Assembly (NCBI GenBank): GCA_044224875.1
Contig: JBGAJQ010000004.1
Span: forward strand, 79,226 to 143,225
DNA from: Gemmatimonadaceae bacterium
GTDB taxonomy: Bacteria; Gemmatimonadota; Gemmatimonadetes; Gemmatimonadales; Gemmatimonadaceae
Direction of reading: 5' to 3'
Length of the DNA stretch: 64,000 bases
Numbering within the stretch: the first letter of the stretch is position 1; every line of letters starts with the position of its first letter. Under the pieces are notes generated by a model. It was not told where the DNA came from. It saw only the letters and a list, made by a program, of their open reading frames with translations, and made no database searches. Of this stretch, positions 9,776 through 20,026 are shown piece by piece. Both the position numbers and the translations under genes were made by a program.

Positions 9776-11794
9776 ATGTTCATACGCTTCCCACTCGGAC
9801 GCCTCATCGTTGGCGCCGAGTTGATCTTCGTGTCGTCCGTCGGTGCGCAGCAGCGCGACACGGTCACGACCGATTCCACCACAAGCCGTCGGCGGCTCGC
9901 CCCCATCACCATAGTTGCTACGCCGGCCACGCGGTCGGCTCCGTCGAGCGCGTTGCACCTGGACGCGTCAGCTCTTCGCCTCGCGCCCGCGACGAACACC
10001 TTCGACCTGTTGCGACAGACGTCTGGCCTGGAGGTCCACGAGCAGGGGCAGGGGCCTGGCTTCACGTCCAACGCCTCGCTGCGCGGCTTCAGTTCCGACC
10101 ACTCGACGGACGTGGCGCTGTGGATCGACGGCGTGCCGGTCAACGAGCCGGTGAACGGCCACGCCGAGGGCTACAACGACTTCGCCGTGCTGTACCCCGC
10201 CGCGGTGAGCGACATCGACGTGATTCGCGGACCCACGAGCGCGCTCTTTGGAAATTTTGCGCTGGCGGGAGTGGTCAACGTCCGGACGTTGGAGCGAATG
10301 CGTGGCACGGAGCTCTCCGTCACCGGTGGGTCCAGTGGCCGCGGCGAGTTCAATGTCTTAAGTGGCTTCGATCACGGCGCGCGCGGTGGCGGTGTGTTGG
10401 GGTTGCGCTACGAGCACGAAGACGGCTTCCGCCCGAATGCTCGATTTGACCTGGGGCAGGCACACGCCCGGGTGGTTCACGACCTGAACTCGACCCTACG
10501 CGTGGATGGCGGCGTCGAATTGTACCGCACCCGCTGGCACTCCCCCGGCTTCCTGGGCGAAGAAGACTTTGCAGCTGGCGACTACGACATCGTGTCCAAT
10601 CCCAGCGATGGCGGCTACAAGCGGCGCGCGCAGGAACGCCTCAGCGTGCGCGTGTTGCGCGGGGACATGCTGTGGCGCACCACGGCCTATGCCACACAGG
10701 GGCGTTGGCAATTGTACCTGACGATCCCGCCGGCCGGCGGCCGGTTCGAGGGCACGGGCAGCCAGACGGAAGAAGAGGATGGACGACATGGGTACGGGCT
10801 CACCAGCGCCGTCACGTGGGAGCGGGCGCGCGCGACCGTGACGCTGGGCGGCGAGGCCCGCTGGGATCGCGCGTCGTACGACAACTGGTTCACCACGGAC
10901 CGTGCACGCGACTCCGTAGCGGAAACCGTCACCTCCACCCAGCGAAGTGCCGCGGCCTTCGCCCGGGCAACGATTGAGCTGACGAGCCGATGGCGCGCCG
11001 AGCTGGGGCTTCGGGCAGACGCCATCTCAACCCGCGCCACAACGGTAGATGCCGGTGGGGTGAGCGCTTCCCATGCTGTCCTTTCCCCAAAGGTCGGGAC
11101 CATCGTGCGCATAACGCCGCTGGTGTCTGCGTACGCCAACGTGTCGCGTGGTTTCCGCTCCGCGGACGGCATCATCAGCGAGCCCACGCTCACACCGATC
11201 ACCCTGTGGGCCTATGAGACGGGGCTCAAGTTGGATCGAGGCACGACCTCCGCGTCGGCCGCCGTCTTTCGCATGGACGTCAGCAACGAGCAGACCTTCA
11301 ATCCCCTGACCGGTGCGTCCAACAACGGCGGCGCCAGTGTTCGCAACGGGATCGAACTCGACGCCCGCGGTCGTATGGGGCGCTTCGTCACCTTCAACAC
11401 GGACTGGACGTTGTTGGGCGCGAAGTACCGGCATCTCACGGCGATCCCAGAGGACGGGGACGGCGATCCGGTGGTACTCGACCACCTGCGCGTCTACAAC
11501 ACGGCGCGCTATACCGGCCTCGTGACCCTCGACTGGTCACCAAGACCCGAGCACTGGCTGCTGCGCGCGACCGGCAACTTCGTGGGCCCCTACACTCCCT
11601 TTGAGCGGCCAGGAGAGGAACTCGGCGCCTACGGCCTGTTGCACCTGAGCGGGGAGTGGGCGGTCGGACGGGTGCGAACGAGTGTTGGGGTGCGGAACGT
11701 GCTGGACCGACGATACCCGGACCTCATAGCGGGCGAGGTCGTGGCGCCCGGACGTCCACGGTCGTTCTTCGTTACGATGCGCGCGGCGCTCTAG
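9776..11794 (+). CDS. TonB-dependent receptor
   Basis: Plug motifs (DLLRQTSG, LRGF, IDGVP, IDVIRGPTSALFG) and barrel motifs (YETGLK, VRNVLDRRY, PGRPRSF); ATG at 9776. Confidence 0.92.
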   Translation: MFIRFPLGRLIVGAELIFVSSVGAQQRDTVTTDSTTSRRRLAPITIVATPATRSAPSSALHLDASALRLAPATNTFDLLRQTSGLEVHEQGQGPGFTSNASLRGFSSDHSTDVALWIDGVPVNEPVNGHAEGYNDFAVLYPAAVSDIDVIRGPTSALFGNFALAGVVNVRTLERMRGTELSVTGGSSGRGEFNVLSGFDHGARGGGVLGLRYEHEDGFRPNARFDLGQAHARVVHDLNSTLRVDGGVELYRTRWHSPGFLGEEDFAAGDYDIVSNPSDGGYKRRAQERLSVRVLRGDMLWRTTAYATQGRWQLYLTIPPAGGRFEGTGSQTEEEDGRHGYGLTSAVTWERARATVTLGGEARWDRASYDNWFTTDRARDSVAETVTSTQRSAAAFARATIELTSRWRAELGLRADAISTRATTVDAGGVSASHAVLSPKVGTIVRITPLVSAYANVSRGFRSADGIISEPTLTPITLWAYETGLKLDRGTTSASAAVFRMDVSNEQTFNPLTGASNNGGASVRNGIELDARGRMGRFVTFNTDWTLLGAKYRHLTAIPEDGDGDPVVLDHLRVYNTARYTGLVTLDWSPRPEHWLLRATGNFVGPYTPFERPGEELGAYGLLHLSGEWAVGRVRTSVGVRNVLDRRYPDLIAGEVVAPGRPRSFFVTMRAAL

Positions 11795-11958
11795 GCCGGC
11801 AGCCCAGGGAGGTCGGCGGTGCGGAGTGGACCGCGCACACGTCGCCAGGGTCGTGACGGAACGAAGCGGGATACAGCCGCGACAGCAGGCGATACCGCCA
11901 CATCAGGCGTCGCCGACCGTCTTGCGATTCCTGGACGTGGCCGTCTAGTTTCCGGAAC

Positions 11959-12081
11959 GGCGTCTCGGGACGCCACCGGTCCGCGGAAAGGGCTGCGCCC
12001 ACCTGCTGTAGGACATCGATTCCAGCGCCCTCTTCGGGCCGATCGTGCGGACGCCGGCCATTCTCCGAAGGAGGCGTCATG
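11959..12081 (+). promoter_or_regulatory. Candidate structured cis-regulatory leader RNA
   Basis: Hairpin GGCGTC-TCGG-GACGCC; long-range GTCCGC/GCGGAC stem; SD-sequestering hairpin CTCC-GAA-GGAG. Confidence 0.45.
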
Positions 12082-13617
12082 CCATCGCGATTTCATCGCA
12101 CACTGCCCGCGCGCCCGGATCTCGACCAGCAAAAGCGGCTCGCGAAGGACCTGCTGAATGCGTTCGACGCGGGCGACGGTGAAGCCCGCGAGCGCGTCAG
12201 AGACGCACTCCCCGACAAGCGCGAGATTGCCCTGGCCGACGCGCAGTACGTGTTGGCCCGCGAATACGGTTATGCAAATTGGGCAACACTCAAGCAGCAC
12301 ATCGACACACTCACTGCGGCCTCCGTGTCGCCAGAGATGCAGCTGCACCAGGCCGTGGCCCGACGCGATGCCAGGGAGACGCGCCGCCTGCTCGAACGAC
12401 ATCCGGGCCTCACGAAGTTCATCAATGCGCCGATCTTCGACTTCGACTCGCCGCCCATCGTTGCCCTGAGTCAGGACGCGGCCATGGTGGACGTGCTGCT
12501 GGACTTTGGCGCCGATCCGAATCAGAAGAGCAACTGGTGGGCGGGTGGGTTCCACGCACTGCACACGGCAACCGCGGCCGCTGCCGAGCGATTGCTGGCG
12601 AGGGGCGCGGTGCCAGACGCGTGCGCGCTCGCCCACTTGGGGCGCGCCGAGCAACTCGAAGAGATGATCGCAGCGAATCCATCCGCCGTACATGAACGAG
12701 GCGGTGACGGACAAACGCCGCTGCATTTCGCTTCCACGCGCGCGGTGGTCGATCTGTTGCTGGACGCTGGCGCGGATATCGATGCGAAAGACGTGGACCA
12801 CCGGTCCACCCCCGCCGAATGGATGCTCGGCACGCCCGACACGCCGAAACGGACGGAACTTGCGCGCTATCTGGTGTCACGTGGTGCACAGGCGGACATC
12901 TTCATGGCGGCCGCGCTCGGACTCGTCGATCGCGCGCGCGAATTGCTCGCCCGCGACGCATCGTTGTTGGACTTGCATGTTGGACGCGGCCCATATGGGG
13001 AACAGCCACCCAGCAGCTTCCACATCTACATGTGGACCATCGGAAACTCGCGGTCTCCGATGGACGTGGCGCGGTGGTACGGTCACGAGGATGTCGTGGC
13101 AGTCATGCGTGGAATAGCCTCGCCGCGCCACCTGCTGCTTGCAGCCCTGTCGCAAGGTGACGAACGCGAGGTGCGAGCGATTGCCGCAGAAAATCCCGGG
13201 GTCGTTGAACGGCTGGATCCAGCGGACCATGCGCTGGCTGCAGACGCCGCGTGGAACGGCAACGCGAGCGCGCTGGCGATGATGCTGGAGATCGGATTGG
13301 ACCCACGCGCCCCGGGCCACGACAGCGGTACGGCGCTGCATTGCGCGGCGTGGGAGGGGTGCGTCGAGTGCGTGGAGCTGCTCGTCAAGCGGGAGGATGC
13401 TCGCGAGCTAGTCCCCATCGAGGATGCGCACTACAAGGCGACGCCGCTGGGCTGGTGCTGTCATGGGTCTGTACACGGCAATCCACACCGCGATCGCGCG
13501 CGAATCGCCCAGTTGCTGCTGGAGGCCGGCGCCGATCCCGACCATGGCATCCGCGACGCATCGCCCGCGGTCACGGCGGTGCTTGACGCTTGGCGCCGAC
13601 GCCGGTCAGGAACGTGA
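12079..13617 (+). CDS. Ankyrin-repeat protein with N-terminal LPARPDL...AQYVLAREYGYANW helical domain
   Basis: GQTPLHFA, LLLDAGADID, GTALHCAA and TPLGWC ankyrin repeats; SD GAAGGAGG. Confidence 0.9.
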   Translation: MPSRFHRTLPARPDLDQQKRLAKDLLNAFDAGDGEARERVRDALPDKREIALADAQYVLAREYGYANWATLKQHIDTLTAASVSPEMQLHQAVARRDARETRRLLERHPGLTKFINAPIFDFDSPPIVALSQDAAMVDVLLDFGADPNQKSNWWAGGFHALHTATAAAAERLLARGAVPDACALAHLGRAEQLEEMIAANPSAVHERGGDGQTPLHFASTRAVVDLLLDAGADIDAKDVDHRSTPAEWMLGTPDTPKRTELARYLVSRGAQADIFMAAALGLVDRARELLARDASLLDLHVGRGPYGEQPPSSFHIYMWTIGNSRSPMDVARWYGHEDVVAVMRGIASPRHLLLAALSQGDEREVRAIAAENPGVVERLDPADHALAADAAWNGNASALAMMLEIGLDPRAPGHDSGTALHCAAWEGCVECVELLVKREDARELVPIEDAHYKATPLGWCCHGSVHGNPHRDRARIAQLLLEAGADPDHGIRDASPAVTAVLDAWRRRRSGT

Positions 13618-13636
13618 CCACGCATTGAAGGGGGCA

Positions 13637-13691
13637 GCAACCAGGATGTCTCGAGCACGTCGCCCACGCGCCGTCGAGGCATCCGGGTTGC
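13637..13691. terminator. Imperfect long hairpin between convergent genes
   Basis: GCAACCAGGATGTCTCGA...TCGAGGCATCCGGGTTGC, 18-bp arm with one G-U pair and one mismatch. Confidence 0.45.
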
Positions 13692-13699
13692 AGCCGCCG

Positions 13700-16150
13700 T
13701 CACCGCAGACGAAATTCTCGCTGTATTCGCGCGGCGCGTGCCGCATCTCCAGCCGTGCGATACATCGCAGCTGCGCGCTCAGCCGCTTGCCGAGTTTGCG
13801 AACTGGTATCACCGGAGGCGGCGCGTTGGATGGTCAGGGCGCGGTCCAGCAAGGTCGCTGCTTCGCCTGGCCGTCCACGCTGGCCCACCAGGCGGCCGAG
13901 CCGGTCGAGGATCGTCGCCAACTGTGGGTGTGTGGGACCCAGGCGGGCCTCCAAGGCACCTAACGCTTGACGATGCAACGCTTCGGCCTCGACAAGCAAC
14001 GTGTCGGAGTGCTCGAGCGTCCCACGGTCCGTTAGGACGGTGGCTAGCGAGGTCAGGACCCGAGCCGTGACTGGATGGTCCTTTCCCTGGAGCTTGGTCT
14101 GGCGCTCGGCCAGTGCTCGATAGTCCGCCTCGGCGCCGGGAAGGTCCCCCTTGGCGCGCTTGAAGGCGGCCAGGTTGCTTAACGCCACGACGGTTCGTTG
14201 GTGCTCGGGGCCTACCGACGCCTGCAGTGCGCGCAGTGCCAGATCCTGCACGCTGATGGCGGAGTCGAGCTGCTTCTGATAGTAGAGCGCCGCGGCGAGG
14301 TTGTTCGCGGTGATTCCGACCGCTCGATGCTGGTCGCCGAACAGGGAGCGTCGAATGACCAGTGCTTCCCGCAAAGGCGAAATCGCGTCGGCGGCGCGAT
14401 TGGAGCCGTTGTACAGAACGCCAAGGTCGTTGAGCGAACGCGAGAGTCCATCACGCTGGCGCGTTCCGGCGGCCCGGCGAAGGCGAATGGCTTCTGTGAT
14501 CAGTGACTCGGCTTCCGCGTTCCGACCTCGTTCATAGATGATCCAGCCCAACAATGAAGCCGCGGCGGCGATATCGGAGTGGCCGGCGGGAAGGAGCTGG
14601 CGGCGCAGTGACAGCGCTTCACGCGCCAGCGGTTCGGCGTCGGCGTAGAGTCCCAGACGGTCGTAACCGTCAGCAAGCACCTCGAGCATGTCCGTTCGAG
14701 CTGACGCGCGACCGCGGAACGCGACGTCGAGCTGGCTGCGTTGCCGATCGAGGAGGGACCGGGCCGTGATCGTGTCACCGACCCGCGCAGCGGCGCCGCT
14801 CGCGCCGAACATTTCCATCAGGAACCCGCGGACCTCGAGCGCCTTGTCGCGTTCCTCGGCGGTACGAGCGGCTTCGGCTGCAACACGCCGCGATTGCACC
14901 ACGCTCACCCATGCGATGGCAAGGAGTGCGACGATCAGCGTGGCGCCGGCGGCCACCCCACCGGCATTCCGCGCAACGAACTTCCTCGCCCGATATCCAA
15001 GTGTGTCAGGGCGAGCGGCAACGGGAAGACCGTGGAGGTAACAGCGCAGGTCCTCGGCGAGCGCCGCGGCTGAGGGATATCGGCGCTCGGGCTCCTTGCG
15101 AAGCGCCATCAGGACGATGGTATCGAGATCACCGGCCAGGTGGCGGCGCAAGGACTCCGGTTTCGACGCGCGCGAGAGTGCCGCGTCTCGTCGCTCGGGA
15201 CTCGCACCTTCCCATGCGAGACTCGGTCGCTGCGGCGCGCTGTCGAGGATGAGTCTCTCGATTTCGGTGCGTGAACGGGCAGTGTGACCGTATGGGTGCT
15301 GACCCGCCAGCGACTCGTACAGCATGACGCCTAACGCATAGACGTCGGTTGCCGTCGTGACGCCGGTCCCGAGTAGTTGTTCTGGCGCGGCGTACTCGGG
15401 CGTGAGTAGCCGCAACTCGGCGTTGGTCTCGAACGCCACGCCAAGCTGGGCCGAATCGCCCAGCACCTTACCGATGCCGAAATCGAGCAGCTTGGGTACG
15501 CCCTCGTCAGTGACGAGGATGTTGCGCGGTTTCAGGTCTCGGTGAACGACCAGGTGCTGGTGAGCATGTTGGACCGCTCCGCAGATCACCTGAAACAGGC
15601 GCAAGCGATCCGCGAGCGACAATCGTCGAGATTCGCAGTACTCGGTCAGTGGCGTACCCTCCACGTACTCCATGGCGAAGTACGGGCGGCCATCTTGCGT
15701 CTCCCCCGCGTCCACCAACTGCGCGACATTCGGATGGCGCAGCGTTGCAAGGATGCGTCGCTCCAACCGGAAGCGATTTAGAAGCTCGTCCGTCGCCATG
15801 CCCATGCGAATTACCTTCAGGGCTACCGTTTGGACGACCCCGTCGAGGTCGCGCGTGGCGAGGTGGACATCGCCCATACCGCCGCTGCCAAGCAGTCGCA
15901 CGAGTCGCCACGGCCCGATGAACGCCGTATGGAGCGCGTCGTCAGGTGAAGTGGCCCGGGTGCTCGCGGCAATGGGCGATTCAAGAAAGGTCGGTTCCGC
16001 GTCGAGTTGCGAAAGGAGACTGAGGACTTCGTCTTGCAGGGCCGTGTCGCCCTCACAGGCCTGCGCCACAAATGCTCCACGCGATGGGCCGGTCAGCTCC
16101 AACGCCTCGGAACAGAGGTGCTCGATACGCGCCCAGCGGTCGCGATCCAT
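13700..16150 (-). CDS. Membrane Hanks-type Ser/Thr kinase with C-terminal TPR repeats (ECF-associated)
   Basis: LGSGGMGDV, VALK, HRDLKPRN, DFG, TPEYAAPE, DVYALG; one TM segment; TPRs. Confidence 0.95.
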   Translation of the reverse strand: MDRDRWARIEHLCSEALELTGPSRGAFVAQACEGDTALQDEVLSLLSQLDAEPTFLESPIAASTRATSPDDALHTAFIGPWRLVRLLGSGGMGDVHLATRDLDGVVQTVALKVIRMGMATDELLNRFRLERRILATLRHPNVAQLVDAGETQDGRPYFAMEYVEGTPLTEYCESRRLSLADRLRLFQVICGAVQHAHQHLVVHRDLKPRNILVTDEGVPKLLDFGIGKVLGDSAQLGVAFETNAELRLLTPEYAAPEQLLGTGVTTATDVYALGVMLYESLAGQHPYGHTARSRTEIERLILDSAPQRPSLAWEGASPERRDAALSRASKPESLRRHLAGDLDTIVLMALRKEPERRYPSAAALAEDLRCYLHGLPVAARPDTLGYRARKFVARNAGGVAAGATLIVALLAIAWVSVVQSRRVAAEAARTAEERDKALEVRGFLMEMFGASGAAARVGDTITARSLLDRQRSQLDVAFRGRASARTDMLEVLADGYDRLGLYADAEPLAREALSLRRQLLPAGHSDIAAAASLLGWIIYERGRNAEAESLITEAIRLRRAAGTRQRDGLSRSLNDLGVLYNGSNRAADAISPLREALVIRRSLFGDQHRAVGITANNLAAALYYQKQLDSAISVQDLALRALQASVGPEHQRTVVALSNLAAFKRAKGDLPGAEADYRALAERQTKLQGKDHPVTARVLTSLATVLTDRGTLEHSDTLLVEAEALHRQALGALEARLGPTHPQLATILDRLGRLVGQRGRPGEAATLLDRALTIQRAASGDTSSQTRQAAERAAAMYRTAGDAARAARIQREFRLR

Positions 16151-16156
16151 GAGTCT

Positions 16157-16795
16157 TCAGTCGTCCGGCGTGGCGCTGATGGCATCCACCCGCGACGATC
16201 CCGGGTCGCGTCCCCCGAGCTCACGTCGAAGCCACGCCTTGGCGACGGACCAACTGCGCCTCACGGTTCGCTCGGAACTGCCCAGCGCCTGAGCCACTTC
16301 GTCGTTGGAGAGACCGCCGAAGAAGCGCATTTCAACCACACGCGCGCCGTCCGGATTGAAGGCCGCCAATCGCGTCAGAGCGTCGTCCAGCGCCATGAGG
16401 TCCTCGGCCTGAGTCTCGTTCAGCCACTGCGCGGCGAGTGCATCGACCTCGTCCAGCGAAACGTGGACTTGGTTGCCAGCCCGCTTGTGGCGCCGTCGCC
16501 GCCGCGCGTGGTCGACAAGGACGCGTCGCATCGCCTCTGACGCGACCGCGAGGAAGTGTTCCCGGTTGCGCCACTCAGACCGCTCCTCACCAGCCAAGCG
16601 CAGGTACGCTTCGTGAACGAGGGCCGTGGTCGACAGGGTGTGCCCTGGTGCCTCACTTCGCAACCGACGGTGTGCGAGCGCGCTAAGTTCGCTGTAGACA
16701 ATGGCGACCAACGAATCAAACGCCTGACGGTCCCCGCCGGAGACCTGTTGCAGCAGGCGAGTGACGTCTCCGGGTGCGCCGTCGGTCGAGGACAT
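16157..16795 (-). CDS. ECF sigma factor, kinase-associated type (TIGR02999/EcfK-like)
   Basis: DVTRLL, HTLSTTALVHEAYLRL, MRRVLVDHARRR, VEMRFFGGLS, SERTVRRSW. Confidence 0.93.
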   Translation of the reverse strand: MSSTDGAPGDVTRLLQQVSGGDRQAFDSLVAIVYSELSALAHRRLRSEAPGHTLSTTALVHEAYLRLAGEERSEWRNREHFLAVASEAMRRVLVDHARRRRRHKRAGNQVHVSLDEVDALAAQWLNETQAEDLMALDDALTRLAAFNPDGARVVEMRFFGGLSNDEVAQALGSSERTVRRSWSVAKAWLRRELGGRDPGSSRVDAISATPDD

Positions 16796-16912
16796 GGGAG
16801 GGAGGGCAACGCCACCCTACGATACCCCCGGCCCGTTAGCCTCGCCAGATTGACCCCCGCAACTGGGGGACGTGAGCGACCAAGCCGACCGAGCACGCTT
16901 TGGATCATCGCG

Positions 16913-19822
16913 TCATGCGGGGTCGTACCACGGAAGTGCCTGCATGTACATCAACAGGAGCACGAGGTTGGTCACAACTGGTCCTCGAAGGAAGAATCCA
17001 GTGCCCAGCTGAATGATGGCGTTATGCCAGACCGTCGAAGGAAACGGAAAGAGCGCGCGACCCTGCGCCGCGAAGGCATACCTCGTATACGGCCCCACGG
17101 TGGAGGTTGGGTCTTGGGCACCAATCAACGGCCTTGAAGGACCAGCGCCGTTTGCGGGACGATACTGAACCGACAAGGCGCCGCCTGCATGTGAACCGAG
17201 GAGGTCCGCGTAAACCTTGAACGATGTGGGCGTGGCGCCGGAATTGAGCGACGACCCGGTACTGACTGTGGGCACGGAGACGGCACTGAAGTAAGTCGTT
17301 GGAACCACGCCGGTCGGCGTTCCCGCGGCGATCGGCGTCGCGAGAAAGGCCACATCGGAGGCACGACCGGCATAGTCCTCGACGATGGCCACAAATCCCG
17401 TGCTCCCAACTGGCGCCGACGGCACGGCACCCGTTGAGCTGGCGACATAGTAGCCCTGCGGGATTTGGAATGAGCCGAGGGCTAACCCGCCCGTGGCCCA
17501 AGAGGAGGGAAAGGTCGGGTTCACCGACTTGCAGTCGAGGTACACAGGTGGCTTACCGAATGGCTGTTCGGACGCGTCCGCGTAGTTAATGAGGGCACCG
17601 ACACACACGCGTTTGCCAGACACGTTGTCCGCCCAGCCGACAGACCAGTCGGCGGTGCCACCGGGCGCGAGGTTTCCCGTCACGTTGAAGCTTGTGACGG
17701 TCGGATTCTGTCCATCGTGAACAAACGCCCATGGCATGTCGGTCGATCCGGGCGCCTTGTTGCCGTACCGATCCACCACGTATGGATAGATCTGGTAGAT
17801 CCCATCCATGGAACCCGTCATCTGCTGGGCCTTCTGTTGCAGCTGGAAGAGCGGCCAGGACAGTGTGTTGCCCGACGAGGCCACCCAGTCAGGATCGTCG
17901 AGGTCTCGGCCGACGATCCATGTGTTGTTGAACTTCACGCTGGCCGCAAACCAGTTGTTGCCCAGTGCCCCGAGCCCGCTGGTCGCCGTCACGTCGTATG
18001 CAAACGAACCCGCGTACGTCGAGTTCAACACGGTGTAGTCGCTCGGCCCCGTAACGGAAGCGCTCGGTGGCGTGTCATACGTCGCAAAATTCATCGCATC
18101 GACGCCGTAGTTCGCCGCGAGGCTCACACCGCCACCAACCTTCCACGGATTCGTTGCGTCTGTCGTGAGGAAGGCGTTGGTGCAGCGTGCCTTCTTGTCG
18201 CAGTATCGAACTCCCAGTGTCAGGGTCCGAGCGGAGCCCGTGATGGGCGCAGCCGACAGGGATGTTACCTCATTCTGAAGGGCAAACTGGTTTTGTGTAT
18301 TCCCGGTGTTCTGCAGGTACCACCTGGTGGCGGACAGGTCCAATGTGACGTCGAACAACTTGGCCGCGTTCGTCAGCGTCGTCAGATCCAACGAGCGATT
18401 CACGTTGCTGTCGTAGTAGCCGAACGATCCCTGGGCCGCTGACGCTGGCAGTCCCGCGAGCAACTCGCGCCGGGGGAGCTGGACGGCTCCCGGCAGGACG
18501 CGTGGGAAGTCCCAGTCGAGGTACATACCAAGCCGATGCGGTCGGTAGGCGGCACCGGCGTGTGTCACCTGTGTGACCGGCAGGTCCAACTGTCTCGTAC
18601 AGCCGCCGACCAGCGGTGCGCCAGTGGCCCAATCGACGTCAATACCTCCGCCGCTGGGATCGAAACAGGTGCCGAACAACACGCCGGGTGTCTGGAAGGG
18701 GAAGACCGAACCCGAGTTCGTGAGGATCTCGCCGAGGCGCAATGCAGATCCCGTCAGCGGGTCGGACTCGAGGAGGGCGTCGACCTCGCTAAAGGCGAAG
18801 GGCTTCCCAAAGTCTCCTTTGGCCACCCTTCGCGTGATGTTCACGGCGCCGCCCGTCGCGGCGCCATACTGCGTTGCATAGGGACCAAGCACAACCTCGA
18901 CCGACTGAATGTTGGCATAACTCGGTTGGTCGAAGACGACCGGCGCCACTGCCACGCTGATCCCATCCACGTAATACTGCTTCCCCCCGGCTCCCGGGAT
19001 CGCCGGACCCGTCGGCGACACAAACGCCACGAACGTATTGGGGTGCGATGTCGTCAGCTGAAATGACTTCTGCACCTGCACGGGAACCATGCCGATGACG
19101 CCTTGCAGCTGACCCACAATCGTGTGCAGGGTGTTCGGGAGATTCGGTGTCACCTCGATCGTGCCCAGCTGTGCGTTCGACACCGTGGTCACACTGTGCA
19201 GTGGCAGCGTGTAGGAAGCACCGGTCACCACGGAGCTGACGCGCGCAGACACAGCCGTCCCTTTCACGGAATCCTGCGCAAGGATCTTCGACCCTTCGCT
19301 GAACGTCATCGTGCCTACAAATCCCGGCGGCACGTTCTGGTCCACGGCAATAGTGATGGTCCCGGACGCCTTCATGAGGTCTACCGGCTGCCCATCCTGC
19401 GTGATCGCCCCAATCGAGAGCGATAGCTGTGACGCGGGGTCGGGCTGGACGGTGAGTGACGCCGAGCCACTCTGACCTTCACTGGTCGCTGTGATGGACG
19501 CGCTCCCGGCCGTCACGGCGGTCACAAGCCCCGTCGACGCAACGGTGGCGACCCCGGTGTTGTTCGAGCTCCACGTCACCACGCGACCCGTCAGCGTATT
19601 GCCTTGTGCGTCGCGTGTCGTCGCAGTGGCTTGCGTGGTTCCTCCCGCCGTGACGGTCCCGCTCGCGAGGCTCACCGACACCGACGCCACCGGAGCTGGG
19701 GTAGGCGGCGTGACGGGTCCCGCTCCCTTTTCCCCGCCACCGGAACAAGCGAGCAGGAGGAAGGAAAGCGCGGCTTGTGGCGTGCGTCTGTGCAAACGGC
19801 GCAGGAGCAAGCGTCCCGACAT
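16913..19822 (-). CDS. Large lipoprotein with a Big_2 Ig-like domain
   Basis: Lipobox LLAC; VTWSSNNTGVATVASTGLVTAVTAGSASITATSEG; Thr/Gly-rich; start at 19822 chosen by eye. Confidence 0.8.
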   Translation of the reverse strand: MSGRLLLRRLHRRTPQAALSFLLLACSGGGEKGAGPVTPPTPAPVASVSVSLASGTVTAGGTTQATATTRDAQGNTLTGRVVTWSSNNTGVATVASTGLVTAVTAGSASITATSEGQSGSASLTVQPDPASQLSLSIGAITQDGQPVDLMKASGTITIAVDQNVPPGFVGTMTFSEGSKILAQDSVKGTAVSARVSSVVTGASYTLPLHSVTTVSNAQLGTIEVTPNLPNTLHTIVGQLQGVIGMVPVQVQKSFQLTTSHPNTFVAFVSPTGPAIPGAGGKQYYVDGISVAVAPVVFDQPSYANIQSVEVVLGPYATQYGAATGGAVNITRRVAKGDFGKPFAFSEVDALLESDPLTGSALRLGEILTNSGSVFPFQTPGVLFGTCFDPSGGGIDVDWATGAPLVGGCTRQLDLPVTQVTHAGAAYRPHRLGMYLDWDFPRVLPGAVQLPRRELLAGLPASAAQGSFGYYDSNVNRSLDLTTLTNAAKLFDVTLDLSATRWYLQNTGNTQNQFALQNEVTSLSAAPITGSARTLTLGVRYCDKKARCTNAFLTTDATNPWKVGGGVSLAANYGVDAMNFATYDTPPSASVTGPSDYTVLNSTYAGSFAYDVTATSGLGALGNNWFAASVKFNNTWIVGRDLDDPDWVASSGNTLSWPLFQLQQKAQQMTGSMDGIYQIYPYVVDRYGNKAPGSTDMPWAFVHDGQNPTVTSFNVTGNLAPGGTADWSVGWADNVSGKRVCVGALINYADASEQPFGKPPVYLDCKSVNPTFPSSWATGGLALGSFQIPQGYYVASSTGAVPSAPVGSTGFVAIVEDYAGRASDVAFLATPIAAGTPTGVVPTTYFSAVSVPTVSTGSSLNSGATPTSFKVYADLLGSHAGGALSVQYRPANGAGPSRPLIGAQDPTSTVGPYTRYAFAAQGRALFPFPSTVWHNAIIQLGTGFFLRGPVVTNLVLLLMYMQALPWYDPA

Positions 19823-19960
19823 GACGGCCTCCAGGCAATGCGACGGGTTCGTGGTCCGCGCATGCGCGCGGTCCATCTGAGTACGCGTCACTTCCGGCTT
19901 GGAGCGGCCACGCGTCTTCAGCCCATGGCTACCGGCCCGTGGCCAGGGCCTTAGCTGGGC

Positions 19961-20004
19961 GCGAAAACGCGGCCAAGGTAAAGAGCCCTTGGCCGCGTTT
20001 TCGC
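19961..20004. repeat. Perfect 18-bp inverted repeat (terminator or operator)
   Basis: GCGAAAACGCGGCCAAGG-TAAAGAGC-CCTTGGCCGCGTTTTCGC. Confidence 0.75.
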
Positions 20005-20026
20005 CGTCGCTACCTCCTCGCCTTCG

